From Lama glama (Eukaryota): DNA of 64,000 nt. The first letter of the stretch is position 1. The number at the start of each line of letters is the position of its first letter. A program made the translations under genes and the position numbers. The stretch lies in contig CM052818.1 in NCBI GenBank assembly GCA_028534125.1, forward strand, positions 49,230,001 through 49,294,000, given 5' to 3'. The notes below the pieces were generated by a model. That model saw only the letters and a program-made list of their open reading frames with translations. It searched no databases and was not told the DNA's origin. Below are positions 13,176 to 26,195 of the stretch, one piece after another.

Positions 13176-14269
13176 ATCTCTAGGCCCAGATGGTTTCACT
13201 GGTGAACCTTATCAAATATTTGAAGAAGAAATAACGCTAATTCTATACAATCTATTCCAAAGGTAAGAGGATCTGAAAGAATGCCCTGAAACGTTTGGTA
13301 ATACCAGTGTCACTTATACAAAAGCCAAGACAGCACGAGAAAGGAAATCAGTATCCCAAATGGACACACCTTCAACACAACATCAGCAAAACAGTTTCCG
13401 TAACATACGAAATGATCACCGTGAGCAACTGTGGTTTATCCTGAGAACTCAAAGTTACTGCAACTTTTTTAATCAACCATTGTATTTGACCATAAAAAGA
13501 ATCTAAAGAAAGAAAAACACATGATCATATTCATTGATGCAGAATTATCATTTGACAAAGTCCAACATTAAATCATAAATAAATAGATATAGAATTGCTC
13601 TGCTTGTATCACTGAAACATTATAGTTCATTAGAAAAAAAAAAAAAAGGACCAAAATTCAGCACAGGAGGTGCTGAAATTGTCCTCACTCAGCGAGAGAG
13701 TAGGTTCCAGTTAGAGGAGTCTCAGACTGATCAAGCCTTCGTCAAACCCGTCGTTCCCTTTCCTCCTGTGCGCTCGTCTGCCCCGCCTGAGGTGGTCTTT
13801 CCCACTGACTCGGACAGTGCATTAGACCCTGCTTCTGAGTGTGTAGATGTTTGCCAAGTTCTTCTTCTTAGTGTGTATCTGGTGAACGCATTTGAAAAAG
13901 CAAAATGAAATTTGGTCCTTTGTCTAAAATTACCTGTAATATTGATCAGGCTACGACCCTGGCCTGGTCTCAGAAGAAGGTAGGCACATTGCACGAACAC
14001 AGACACCGGTGGGTACGCACGTGAGATACTGCAGAAGAAGCCGAGTCTTTTGCTAGCAGAAATTTAAATCCCCAGATCTCATTATGTTTACTTATTCTTT
14101 CAAAAAAACGAAGTCAGTTGACCCATTTTGTGCCAGGTTTTAAAATAAGGACTAGAAATACAAGGATGTAGAGTTCGTGCCTTCTGTTGCTCAACAAATA
14201 TTTATGGAGTTTTCAGGCATAGCGCCTTTATCCTAAATTGGGGGAGGAGACAGACGAAGTTGTAGCACA

Positions 14270-14720
14270 GAGCCGTGGGCCCCGAACAAGAGTAAACGTG
14301 CGCGTCGTGGGGGAGGGAGGAAAGCCCAGCGCGGCCAGTCCCGCGGCTCAGGCGCCTCGCGGAGGCGACGCCGTCTGTGCTGAGCAGCAGGGGGCGGTGG
14401 GCCCGGGAAGAGGGCCGGGCGGCGACTTCGGGAGGAGGCGGCGTGACGAAGCCTCGCGCACGAGCTCATGCAGCGGATCTGAAGACCGCGAACACATGCG
14501 GAGAGCGGCGCGTTTCGGGCGGAGGGTGGGGCGGGCCGGAGGGGGCAGAATTAGCCCGCACTGGAAGGTGGGGAGGCGCAGACCGCGGGACAAGCAGTTA
14601 GGGACGGGTAGGGACCAGCCACGGACACGCGGTCAGCGGCTGAGCGGCGGGACGGGTCTGCGAGCGGTGACGCTGCTGTTACCCACGGAGAGAGGAAACA
14701 GATGGCGGCGCCGAGAGCCT
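14270..14720. promoter_or_regulatory. CpG island, promoter-like
   Basis: Very GC- and CpG-rich; GC boxes (gggcggag, ggggcgggcc) and a YY1-like agatggcggc at ~14700. Confidence 0.7.
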
Positions 14721-16101
14721 CCCCTCAAAACACTCAGAGTCTTGAAGTCGAGGTGTTTTTCCTGTATCTGCCACTCATCGAATAGGTCCTTTGGACTGGA
14801 AACCAAAAACACATATTTTGTTTATATTTGTCATTAGAACTGCATGCCTATAAACGCACAGCATTTGTTAATCTCAGGAATTTAAGATACACAAAGTGAC
14901 CGGCTTCCCACAGGCACAGCAGAGCAGATGGCTAAGGTCGTTACGTAGAGACAAAGCATCACTCCCGGGAGTGCCCCCCCCCCGCTCCCCGTGCTGTCTG
15001 TCCACCCCCCTCCACCCAGCCTCCAGGCACACCCACCTGAATGACCCCGACGCAGCGAGGAGCGAGGAGCCCTGGCACGTGCCGGGCAAGGACGGAGCGT
15101 CTTGGGGGAGGCTGCACCTGGAGGCGCCGTTAGGCATCAGCTCACACGGTGTGGGTAAAGCACAGGCGTTCCAGCTGGGACCCTGTCACAGGCAGTCCCC
15201 GCTTCCTGCTGCTAGAAAATCAAGGAAAGGCAGAGATCCTCTCACGTACACCACGCTTCTCTTGGAAACCTTTGGTGCAGTTGTGGCTTTTAACTCCTTA
15301 AAGTAGTTTTTTCTCTGACATCACGAGTCTGTCTTGGTTGGTCTCAGGTGGTGCGAGTCAATAGGTGAAAGTTCAAATCTCCTTTCTGCCGCCGTGGGCA
15401 AGTCCCCTTTCCCTCCTCTGCCCCCATAGGTCTTGATTCCTTATCTACACAAGACTAAGGCATGATCTGCTAATCCTCGCGAATAGTGTAAATACCCTAA
15501 TGAATTACGTATTGCAAAAAACACAACTTTGAAGTTAGAATCCCTGCCTAATTTGATATTGTGGCAACGTAACCCTTCACACAAACCACTGTCCACATTA
15601 TCCACACATTACTGTGCCTCTTTGCTACAAAAAGATGTTGACTCTCAAGGTGAAACCTGATTTCCCAGTTGTAAATATTTGTCCTCTGACCTTTTAATAG
15701 CTAGGGAAACTGAAGTTTAAAAGGATGAAGCGAGCTGTCCGCGGCGACCTGCCTGAGGAGTGATGGGTGTGAGAGCCCAGCCGTGTGTCCCAGCTCCCCT
15801 CACAGACCACAATCCAAATTTTAGGCAAAGCACTGAATTAGATTTTTGAGATTCAATTTTATTGTTCACATGTTTGCAATAATTTTGAAAGAATGCTGAC
15901 TAAGTTTAATGATTCTCCTCCTTATTTTGCCAAGTTTACTTCTGTCCATAAATTTAAGTGGAAAAACCCTTCTTTCTATGATTTATTAAAGATTGAATAA
16001 GAGGCATAAAATATCAAGATTTAGCTTAATCTTTTATTCCTCCATTAAGTCAACAAACATTTATTGCCCACCTCCTATATGCAAAGAATATTAGTGTAGA
16101 C

Positions 16102-16288
16102 CAGTAGTTCTCAAAATTGTCCCCCCAGGAATATTTGGAAATTATGGAGATACGCTTTTTGTTAGAACTGAGGGAGGGGCGCTATTGACATTTAGCAGGT
16201 AGAGGCCAGGGATGCTGTTAAAATGCCACAAGGCACAGGATGCCCCCAAGGAAAGAGCAAGTCAACAGTACCAGTTTAAGAAAGCTCA
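16102..16288. mobile_element. MER20 DNA transposon (hAT-Charlie)
   Basis: cagtagttctcaa start and the diagnostic ggtagaggccagggatgctgttaaa. Confidence 0.85.
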
Positions 16289-17279
16289 GGAGGGCGGGGC
16301 CTCACCACCAGCCATGGAGAGATGTGCCTTTTCTCTACAAAAACCCAACATGGCTCTAGCTGGACTTTTCAAGCTAATTCTTCACCCATGACTCTACTTG
16401 TTACTACTCAACATATTATATGACTCGGCAGCACTATGTAGAGAAAAGGGTTATAGGTTTTTCAGGAACTTTGGGTGGCACATGTGTGTCCCAAACAAAT
16501 AATGTTGCCCTTGGTACCAAGAACTGTAAGCCAAAATTATCAGAGTCACTAGCATTGCACTGTACCTAATTCTGTCTCTGTGGGTACAGATCCAAAGTTT
16601 AATTATATCCCAGCGCTATAAGGGAATTCTCCCTGATGCACATATGGAGGGAGTTATAAAGTATTTAAGTGGCTTGCCTGGAAAACCAGGGAAGAAATTT
16701 AAGTCTTAAAATTTAAAAATAAAATGCTCACATACAGTATACCCTAGCCTGCAATTGTAATGCCCGAAGCCAATCAATTAATGCTTAGGAAAAAGATGAC
16801 TATATGTTTAACTGATGTGCCATCTTTTGCTGTAATATTCATATAAATCCTAGCTGTTGCTCTCCAAGGATTTTATCCAAGGGAGACAGGTGCCGTGCAC
16901 GGAAGTGGTCCCATCTCTCCCTGCAAGTGTGGTCCCACAACCTCCCTGTGGCCGTTCGGACCTGGCTGAGCTCTCTCTCTTTCCTGCCGTAACAGTGGCT
17001 GCCCTGAGGGTTGTCATCAGATCCTGAGATGCCCAACCACCACGGCGCTGAACCCTGAACTCACAGCCATGGAGAACACAGGTCATCGTTTTGACCTATT
17101 ATCCAAATCAACCTCATTCTACCATAAGAGTAGAGGGTTTGGACAGTTCCTTGCAGCAGACAGTATCTGTCTGTGATGATATTAAAGGATTTATTGTCCA
17201 GAAAGGACTTTTTCAAGGCCTTACAGGATCTTCAGATAGATGTCATATTTCACTTAAAATGTTTACAAGTACACATCAC

Positions 17280-17965
17280 CCAAAGTGGTTAAAATGAACC
17301 ATAATAATCACAATAAAAGTCAGAGTTGAAGAGGAGCAGCTGGACCTTCACACCCTGCTGATACAACCATCTTAGAAAGCAATTTGAAGTTACCTGCTTA
17401 AGTGTAAGGTACTTTCCTTCATGACCTGACACTTTAATTTCCAGGCGTATACACAAATGCATGCACACAGAGAAGCACTGTTATGAATAACCCCAAACTG
17501 TGAACCAATCAGATGGGTGGATAAATAAATGGGAATAAATTCCAGTAATAGAATACTATGCAGCAATGAAAAGGGAAAGCTAAAAATACAAGCAAAATGT
17601 CATGCAGATGGATCGCACAGACACTGTGTTAAGCAAAAGGACTCAGACACAAAAAGGAACTTCCTGATGATTTATTTTATAAAAAGTTACAAAAACACCA
17701 GCAAATGGAAACTACAGTCTTTGAGATATATGTAAAGTTTGTAAAATTATGAACAAAGGCAAGGGAAGGAATAGTCAGGTTAGTTGCCGCCTTGGGGGGA
17801 TAGAGGAGGAGGTGACTGTATGACCATCTGAGGGTCTCTGGGGTGCTGGCCATGCTCCACGCCTCATCCACGCTGTGCATACATTGGTGTCCACCCTGTC
17901 AAACCCACTGGGCTCTTACACGTTCTGGTGTGCTCTTCTGTGGGTGCTGGGATAGCTTAAAATTT
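17280..17965 (+). mobile_element. Old L1 3' end (L1ME-like)
   Basis: gatgggtggataaataaatggg...aatagaatactatgcagcaatgaaaa; aaggactcagacacaaaaagg. Confidence 0.65.
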
Positions 17966-18299
17966 AAAGAACAAACAGTTTTGGGGGGAAAGCAGGAGTT
18001 TCTTTTTCTTCCTGATTTACAGCAGTTTCTTTAAGCAGAATTATGATTTTACTAGCACAAATAACAGTCTGTACATTCAAGGATGCCTCCTGCTTTTGCA
18101 ACAATGAAGCCTTTTTGCTTTGTGTTCCAGATCCATCAGGACATGTAGGTTTCTCTTCCCCAGCTCTCCGGCCATCATCAGGGCAAGTCACAGGCCTTCA
18201 AGGAAGTGTCAGAGGGTTTAAGACAGAAAGGGGCTGTTCTCTTACCAAGACTGATGTCCCTGATGGTCCTACATTAAAAATAGGTTGAAAATGGGTCTG

Positions 18300-18485
18300 C
18301 AATTCAGGTCAGAGTGATGTGCCAATGCCGGGTCCTTGGCTTTGACTCGTGCACCGTGGTAACATAAGACATTAGCAACGGAAGATCCTGAGAGAGGAAC
18401 ACACAGGCGCTCTCTGTACTGTCTTCGCAACTTTTCTGTAAATTTAAAATTATCCCAAAATACAACGTTTAGTATTTTAATTAAA
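18300..18485 (+). mobile_element. L1 3' terminus (L1MC/MD-like)
   Basis: ctctctgtactgtcttcgcaacttttctgtaaatttaaaattatcccaaaa. Confidence 0.8.
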
Positions 18486-21400
18486 AAGGTAGAAATTATC
18501 AAAGACAACGCATCATGCCTTCTCTCTCCCCGCCATGAGTTCTCAACAAAGAAGATGGAGAGTACTGGGGGAAATACTTTAACCAATATTTCTTAAGTTC
18601 CCATAAAAGAGAGGAAACTCCAGGCCTCCTGGAGATAAAGACATGGGGCATTTACTTCCGATGTCTTTCTCCAGATGTGCCCCTCGCTCGTTCAGCAGGC
18701 AGGAGGGAGGCGGGACTGACTGGGCCAGCGGCGGGGGGGGTGGGGGGCAGGAGGAAGCAGCTGCATGGGCGTGGCCCCAGCAGGTGTGGGTGTCACTGTC
18801 ACCGTGTCTCCTCCCCGACACACGTGCTCCCCTGGACACGCCTGCCCTGCTGACCAGACCTGCAGTGTACTGACTCCAGCTGTGACCGAGAGAGAAGCAG
18901 ACTCGTAGGGGAAGAGAGGGCATTAAAACATGAGAAAAGTCCATTAGGCTTATATATAAACTGTGTCCTTCAATTCAGCTTAAAAAATAAAGTTAATATT
19001 TTGATCTCCATCTGCTTCATGTCTATATTGACTCTTCCTTTGTGCACTTGTAGGTGAGTTTCGTTTTCCTGGGAAGGATTTGGTCTCAGTGCAGGGATCT
19101 TGTAAGGCTGTTTACCTGCTTCACTCGCTTCAGATTCCCTTGACCAATTCAAATTTTCCAAGATTTTGTCCAAGTTGAAAACCCAGACTGCCTATATCCT
19201 CATCCAGATTCATATGTGAAACAAATAGGGAAAAAAAGATTTCCTGATGTTTGTGATATGATTTTGATAATGTAATTTGAATTAATTTGCTTTCCAGCTT
19301 TGACGGACAGTTTTCCTGATTGGCTTTCATGACCAGTTGATACGTAGACAGACAGACAGACAGACAGACTGATAGGTTATATACAGTATTTCCATTGCAA
19401 ACACAGGATTTAAGAGAATTCAAAATTAAGGAAAACAAGATAATTTTATGATGAACTTTTGAAAAACTGTGTGTGTGTGTGTATTTGCTTGCAGATTTTC
19501 CAGTAATGCCATCACACTAAATAATGCTTTATATAAAGTCTTACATAAATATTAATACATACTATATTATTAATGCTCATTAAGCATTTTCTCTTTAATT
19601 TTTTTAGCCAATCCATTCCCTGAAATTTCAGTGGAATGATTGTGAATTCATTTTGCTTTGTCAAAATTGAAACAGCATATTAGAGACATTTTTCTTTGCC
19701 TGGCTGACCATCGAAACGTTTTATGCACTTTTATTTGGTTACTTCTTAATGTTCTGTTTGCTGCTCCTGGACTTACCTGTAATCTCATCTGCCTTTTTGC
19801 TGCTTCCCCAAGTCCTGCCGGGGGAATTGTGTCTGAGGTGCTGTGCCTACAGAGGTGTCATTCTTACTTGCCATAGAATTCAGAATTCAGGGCTAAGTTT
19901 CTTTATCATCATCAAGGCTTGGGGTACAGATAGAAGAGACTGGGAAACAGACATAAATAAATGGATGAATAGAAGAAAGACAAATAGACTTAAAATCTCT
20001 GGGCATCTTGTGCATCCTTGGTGATTCCTAACCTGTATTTCATTAATTTATTATGATTAACAAAACCCAAAATGTCTAAACACTTATGTATAATGGAACA
20101 GAAGTGACATGTTTGACAAGCAGTGATTCATATGGAGAAAAAAGAAAATCTCCATGTATTCATGGACCATACAAAGAGAGGTGTGGGACAGCAGGGACGG
20201 CTGCCTTGATTTGTCAGACTCAGCTTCTCACGCGTCTGTGGCTCAGGTGATACCAAAGTGACCGAAGCAGACATGCCACCGTGAAACCAGCCACAGGGAG
20301 CACACAGTTCCCCACGTGGGCGAGACTCAGCGAGTCCAGACACCACCGCAGTCCCAAACGAGGCATCCACTTTTCTGAAGAAGATGTCATCTCAGTAATT
20401 AAGAGAGTTTTTAAATCTATGCTGCTGATTGTCAAGGACTCCTTCCTTCCTTTACGTTTGCTTCTTTCATTGCAGGTTAGCTGCACCTCACAGAGCTCCT
20501 CGAGGAACCGGAAGAGCTCTGTGGACGCCTGCTGTGACTCCAGGCATCCAGGCATCCGAGGTCCCAGCCCAGAGGGAGGCCTCCTACTCTGTGTTAAAAC
20601 TGATGCCTGGATTGCCGAGCTGTGTCCCGATGCGAGGGGGACCTCTGACCCAATCACATAGCGGTGCTGTGACAACCGTCCTCATCACAAAAGAAAGTCA
20701 GTCTTCAGGGCGATTGACAGCGATGTCCCACCTCCCATCTGCCCGGCGCCTCTTACAGGACATGTCGCCACCTGCTTCTCTGCTTTCACCTTCACGACCC
20801 CAGACGTCGTCCCCAGGCCCGCTCAGGATGGAGGCTTGCATTTCGCTGTGTTCTCATGGTCGCTGAGCCTCACACTCACGGCGTTTGACTTGTCTTGCCC
20901 GTTCAAATCTTGGCAAAGCACAATGCTCTGGGTGGGAATTGCCACTCCCAGCTGGCTGTGTTGAAGTGAAGCGCAAAGCCCCATCACTGGAGAAGCACCA
21001 GGTCCAGCCAGCTCTCCTGAAAAAGCGTGCAGGGAACAGGAACAAGGTGGAAAGGTGGGTTGAATTCATGTATTTGGCAAAGCCATTTATCCCTTAGAGC
21101 ATTCTTTGCGGAACTGCTGAAGACATGCTTTTTCATAGCATCCTCATTTTTTTTTTCAGTTTCCTCCTAATTGCCAACAATATTGATAATTTGGTAGGCA
21201 CACTATTAAATACTCTGAACATAGTGGGATACAAAAAGAAACGCCCTTATTTACCTCCAACCAGTGCCTTCAAACCGCTCTGTTCTACCTCCTTTCTCTG
21301 CAGCTTGGTGACATCCGGGGCATAATCATTTCATGTGAGCAGTATACTGACTTTCACGTATGAATGAGTCCTGTCCAGTCTAAATCACACTTCACTCTCA

Positions 21401-22337
21401 CCTCTAACTCAGTCTCCCTCCTATACGTACAGAGCCCCCCAGCCTGCCCCCAGGTCTAACCAGTGGCTCACACACCTGCGTGGGCAGGGACACACGGGGC
21501 CTGTTCTCATCATCCGCCTCTTTCTTCCTCTTCGGGCTCGTTCCAGACTGAGTGGGGACGGAAACGTCAGCTGAAATTTTCTGTAGGCCTGTTACCTCAC
21601 CTGCTTCTGCTGCCACCGCTGTACCCCGGCTGACGTGGGTTTGCCATGACCCCCATTGTGGCAAGGGTTAGACTGTTGTCACCGTCCTTGCAGGTGGCTC
21701 CCTGACGTCATAAGCTGGTCCCCACAGTTCCTGCCTGGGGAACAACCCACAGACTGGCTCTCCCGTGGGTAGGCTGTCCTCTTGGTGGGGTGTCTTCAAG
21801 ACAACTCAGATCTACCAAATTCCTGGCATCTACTTAGCCAAAAGGTGTGATACAGGTTGACTAACTCCTTGCCTGCCATCTCAGGCTCTTCCCAGATTCT
21901 TGTCTTCAAAGTCTTCATAGAGAAAAAGCTGGTTCAATTACCTACTCAAATTCTAGGAGACACACGTCAAACTTTTCTAAGACTCTTCTCAGTGGGCTCC
22001 AGTCCTGGGCAGCATCGGTGAGACTTCTCAAGTTTCAAAGCTCAGCTAGCATCCAGCTGTGAGGACAGAAAATGCTTTCCCTTGTACTACAGGGTAGGTG
22101 CACCTGCCGCTTTTGCCGAATCATTGTCTGAAAGCACCCCCACCCCTGCCACCCCTCACGTAACAGGATGCGCAAGAAGTCTTCTTTCCGGGGTGATAAG
22201 TCACTTCTGTGAACTCTCACCTCCCTGGGCGCTCCAGGGGTCTGGCGGTTTTTGCCATGGTGTTGGAGAAGGACGCGGGGGCAGGCGGCAGGCAGGGCTA
22301 GACAGTTGTCTCTCAAATGGTCCGGAGGAGATTCCTT

Positions 22338-22616
22338 GATGGGCCTACAGATTATCGTACTAAGTGAAGTAAGTCAGAGACAGATATCATGTGATATCAC
22401 TTACATGTGGAATCAAAAAAATGATACAAATGAATTTACTCACACAAAACAGAAAGAGACTCACAGACATAGAAAACCAAGGGGAAACGGGTGGAGGGAT
22501 AAACTAGGAGTTTGGGATTAGCAGGTACAAACTACTGTATATAAAATAGATTAACAGTAGGGTCCTACAGCACAGGAAACTACATTCAGTACCTTATAAT
22601 AGCCTATAACGAAAAA

Positions 22617-22673
<57 letters not shown>

Positions 22674-22737
22674 AACCACGCTGTACACTTGAAACTAACA
22701 CAACATTGTAAATCAACTGTATTTCAATTAAAAAAAG
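22338..22737 (+). mobile_element. 5'-truncated L1 3' end with internal (TA)n
   Basis: gattatcgtactaagtgaagtaagtcagag...cacttacatgtggaatc; ends gtatttcaattaaaaaaa; (TA)n at ~22618-22671. Confidence 0.9.
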
Positions 22738-23864
22738 TTAGGGTGGGAAGGAGGTCTTCGGGAGAGTGCCATTCCCTTCTGAGTGTAAATTGAGGAGCAA
22801 CGCTGAGCTTTGGAGACTAATGTAGCCCCTACACCCATGAATCTGGGGAGTGATGTGGGGAGACGCACAGCGTCCTCCGACACCTTCCTCTAGAAGTCTG
22901 CCCCGCGGAGCAAAGCCAGAGTTCGCCTTGCGCAGAAGTTCAGGCGAGGAGAGAGCTTCTCAAAACACTTCTCTTTGTCTCCTAATTAACATCATTTTTG
23001 TCTGATTCTAGCTTTAGGCGTTAAGGGTTTTTGTCATTTTATATTTTCAGTGTGAAAACCCTTGCCTTTCTTTCCGGCTCTGTGATATTTGGGAGAGAAT
23101 ATGGGTGCATGGCAAGCTGCCAGTGAGAGATCATTGATCCAAGTGCCCACACGTGAGGGTCTGAATGAGCTCCTTTTTATTACAAATTAATAACTTGAGA
23201 CATTATTTTATAAAGTTCAAAATGTACTGCAGTTCCATAAAAATATTTCAAACATTGATGCACAATGAACGATCTACCTTTAAAACCTGTCACTATACCC
23301 CTAGGGAACCAGTACAATTTCCTACATACCTTCTGGGCCCTTAATCTCTTAATCAATGCCAGTTTGGAGCAAATGTGATGAGTTCAGGACTAATTGAAAG
23401 GATACATATTATTAATGCCAGACATTCACCCTCGCCTCTCAGCTTAGCAAGGTTCATTTTTGAGGTGAGCAAATTAAAGATTGACTCCCATGGTAGCAAA
23501 ACACCCAGCGAGAGGGCGTAAGCTGTTTATATAGTGCACCATCCCCTTTGGTCCAAAAGGCACACAGGTTAGCAGCCAATGTGTTCAAGCTTAGACCAAA
23601 AGGACAAGAATCTAATTGCAGCTTTTTGAATAACTCAGTGAAGGGTATTCTATTATTTCTCCTGGGCTGCATTTCACCAATGGAAAAACACAGACCTGGT
23701 AGTTCTCATCTTAGCCAGGGACACTGCAGAGATTAGAAATTTTGAAAATTCATATGTAAATGACGTGGAAATTGTACCGCTGCTCCCACTGTCCCTGCCC
23801 TTCGAGATGAACAGAATCTTTACACTCAATGATATGAAATAGATGTGCACTTAATGGACTTTTT

Positions 23865-23954
23865 TTTCTTGATGCCATGGCTTCATATTTATTTACTTAT
23901 TGAAGTAGAGTCAGTTTACAGTGCTGTGTCAATTTCTGGTGTACAGCACGATGC
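23865..23954 (-). mobile_element. Very short L1 3'-end insertion with TSD
   Basis: ttattgaagtagagtcagtttacagtgctgtgtcaatttctggtgtacagc, flanked by aatggacttttt (23853-23864) and aatggacctttt (23955-23966). Confidence 0.75.
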
Positions 23955-24038
23955 AATGGACCTTTTAAGATAAATCAAAAAATACTTAAAGAGATGAACT
24001 AAATTCATTCTAATGAAAGAGGGTAGCTGGATAAATAG

Positions 24039-24554
24039 CATATTAGTCAAGGTTCCCCAGACGCAGAGCCGACAGGACACATATGCTCACATACAGGAGA
24101 TCTATTATAGGAATTGGTGCATGTAATTACAGAGGCCAAGGATCCCCAAGGTCTGCCGTCTGCGAGCTGGAGAACCAGAAAAGCCAGCGATGTAATTCAG
24201 TCGAGTCCAAAGGCTGGAAAACTGGAGGGCGAGGTGGGGGTGAGATGGTTTAAATCCCAGTATGATTCCGAAAGCCCGAGAGCCAGGATCACCTCTGTCT
24301 GAGGGCAGGAGAAGACGGACGTCCCAGCCCAGGCGGAGAGCGCGTTCCGCCCCCCTTCGGGGTTGGTTCTGCTCGGACGCCCACCGTCCTGGCTGATGCC
24401 CACGCACACGGGTGAGGGCGAGCGCCTGGACTCGGTCTGTAAATGCAGGGGCTAATCTCCCCCAGAGACATCCTCACCTCCAGAAGTAACGACTCACCAG
24501 CCCTCTGGACATTCTTCAGCCCAGTGAGGGTGACACATAAAATTAACCGTCACA
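24039..24554. mobile_element. MLT2-family (ERVL) solo LTR
   Basis: tattagtcaaggttccccaga start; gagctggagaaccagaaaagcc; end gtgacacataaaattaaccgtcaca; near-TSD aatag/gatag. Confidence 0.9.
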
Positions 24555-26019
24555 GATAGTAACTCCTCTTTTCTAGGAAATACAGAGTTAAAGTTGAGAC
24601 TCCAAGTGATTTTGAGAGGATTGAGATAGGAAGAGAGGAGAGGACCAGGCTGGGAACCATTCTCTGTGTCCCCTAAATCGCACTGTTTTGGACTTTTGGA
24701 GGAAGGAAATAAAAATATTCCTGTTGACACAGTAATTTATCAGTCGTCAGGACAGAATGGGTGCCTGTCACAGAGAACACCCTGCGCCCTCTGACTTTCA
24801 CTCCTAAGTCGCTCATTCATTCGTCCAGCGAGTGTCGAGCATCTCCTGAGTCTCGGGGATAAAAAAAATTATGAAACGTATTCTTTACCCGTAATTATCA
24901 TTTTTCTAAGTAACAGATGCAGTATCATTGTAAGTAAGTGTAGGATGTATTTGTAGGGGCAACAGTATTTAGAACAGAATTTGAAATCTGGAATCCAGGG
25001 GACGTGGTGCACCTGCACACTATGTGTTCTGCTGCCGTAAGGACGCTTCAGGCCACACGTGACCATAGGCAACCGAGGGAATTTCTGTTCTTTAAACACT
25101 TCCCAAGAGTTTCTTGGAAAAGTCCAACCAGCCCGTGGATTCCATACCCCGCTGTTAAAAAGACACTGCTTCTGTCAAGAAGGAAATATAATCAGGAAAT
25201 ATCCCTCCATCCTGGCAAAAATAAAAAAACACACAAAAGACAAATTAGGTTAACAGCTTGTCGTCCACATATTTATTCCGCCGTCCAGACGCCAGGCAGG
25301 CTCGGGCGCTGCCCGTGCGGGGGCTGCGGGGGCAGGCCGTCCGGGCCGGGCACTGGCTCTTCCACTCCGGTGCTGTGACCTGGGGCCAGCCACCTGCCTT
25401 TACGTGCCTCAGTTACGTCATTCCCTTTCCCTTTGATTTTGCACGAATAAGGGACAGAGTAACGAGAACTAACAGGAGAGGCCACGCTCGGCGCTCGCAG
25501 AGCTGCAAAGCAAGGCAGTTCCTTCCAAGAGGCTCAGAGCCTTGTGTGACATTGATCACCAACAGGTATTTATTTATTTTATAGATGTGTTAGCACATGT
25601 GTCAGAAAAAGGAAAGAAATAAAAACCACCTCTGTGGGTTTACTGTCCAGGTAAATAAAGAGTCACAATTTTTATATGGGTCTCTGAATCTGGACTGAGG
25701 TTTGGGGGTAAAGCAAAGAAGATGATTCCATGGGAGCTTTGAGTTATTTTCATGTAATTTTCCATGTATGACGCTCACCTGGAGTCACTGCTTCCAGTCC
25801 TGCTCTTGTTCGGGCACAACAGACACTAACAACTACTGCTCTGGGGTTTGAAATAAGCCCCATTTCTGAAGGTGCTGGATGGGGAGAGAATTGCCCCTCT
25901 GTGTACAGCACCAGCCTCCTCCCTTCCCGGAGTACTGGCCGTGCTCCAGCATCACTCCTGGTCTCGTTTTCGTGTTGACGGTGGCCTTGACCAAAAAGAG
26001 CAGCATTTACCACAGTCTT

Positions 26020-26195
26020 CGTAGACATTAGGTGCTTCCAAGTCCATCACACCATCCAACTTTCACAAGACTCATCTGAGATAACCAGTCATACAAAAGT
26101 CATCTACGGTCACACTTGCAGGTGAGTGACGAGGTCAGGAATCAAATCTGTCTCACATCCCACTGCAAAGCTCTAGCGCACTCTGCCCTACAGCG
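26020..26195 (-). mobile_element. MIR SINE remnant
   Basis: ggtcacacttgcaggtgagtgacgaggtcaggaatcaaatctgtct resembles the antisense MIR head. Confidence 0.5.

Larger units (their letters stand above)
8870..13590 (+). mobile_element. Ancient L1 (5' UTR, ORF1, ORF2 endonuclease to start of RT), decayed, interrupted at 9866-10680
   Basis: A-rich sense strand; ORF1-like gaagaaataatgactgaaaatcttccagatttgg; endonuclease-like ctacaagaaactcacttc; ggcccagatggtttcactggtgaa (GPDGFTGE) at ~13183; gatgcagaattatcatttgacaaagtccaaca near 13540. The 5' boundary is uncertain. Confidence 0.8.

Noticed and set aside
14233..15306. ORFs of 199 and 136 aa at the first island
   Set aside because: Low-complexity GC-driven frames with no protein similarity I can recognise.
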